64,000 nt of DNA, taken from NCBI GenBank assembly GCA_037379345.1, contig CM074522.1:868001-932000 (forward strand). The letters run 5' to 3'. Position numbers and translations under genes: made by a program. Origin of the DNA: Perna viridis (taxonomy: Eukaryota). Of this stretch, positions 63,788 to 64,000 are shown in pieces. Every line of letters starts with the position of its first letter. Within the stretch, counting starts at the first letter, position 1. The notes under the pieces were generated by a model. That model was not told where the DNA came from. It did no database searches and saw nothing but the letters and a program-made list of their open reading frames with translations.

Positions 63788-64000
63788 GTATGTATAGCTT
63801 ATAATAGAATTTTATACCTCGCCAAACAAAGTTTTAGGGGGTATATACAAATCATCCTGTCTATCTTTTCTCAAGTGCAACTCAACTTAAACTACTCAAG
63901 GGATTTCAATGAAATTTTATGGGAAGGTTGGGAATCATATGCAGATATGCATGATGGAGTATAGTAACAGTATGTATATTAAAAAGGGGGATAATCTACA

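Overview
AT-rich animal genomic DNA, probably a bivalve mollusc judging from the repeat families (inference). Most of the window is the 5' and central part of one large + strand agrin gene. I can join 16 GT-AG exons from 24007 to 63787 into one open frame of 2620 nt: signal peptide, 9 follistatin/Kazal units, a Ser-Gly glycosaminoglycan site, two small Cys-rich modules and 2 laminin-EGF repeats. The gene continues beyond the window. Two further phase-1 exons upstream encode a follistatin/Kazal domain (11483-11707) and a thrombospondin type-1 repeat (12462-12632), and may form an alternative N-terminus. The introns hold a full-length but ORF-disrupted Bel/Pao LTR retrotransposon (55216-62970, - strand), a decayed 3.2 kb Mutator-like element, Penelope-like RT fragments, Helentron-like elements, MITEs and about 14 minisatellites. 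Best leads: (1) the Bel/Pao element lacks a tRNA primer site and may self-prime like Tf1, and it has TG...TA ends; (2) six in-frame splice donors in a 24-bp ladder after one exon; (3) the TSP1-containing alternative N-terminus; (4) paired loss of one disulfide in the first follistatin domain. All exon and repeat calls were made by eye, without transcript data.
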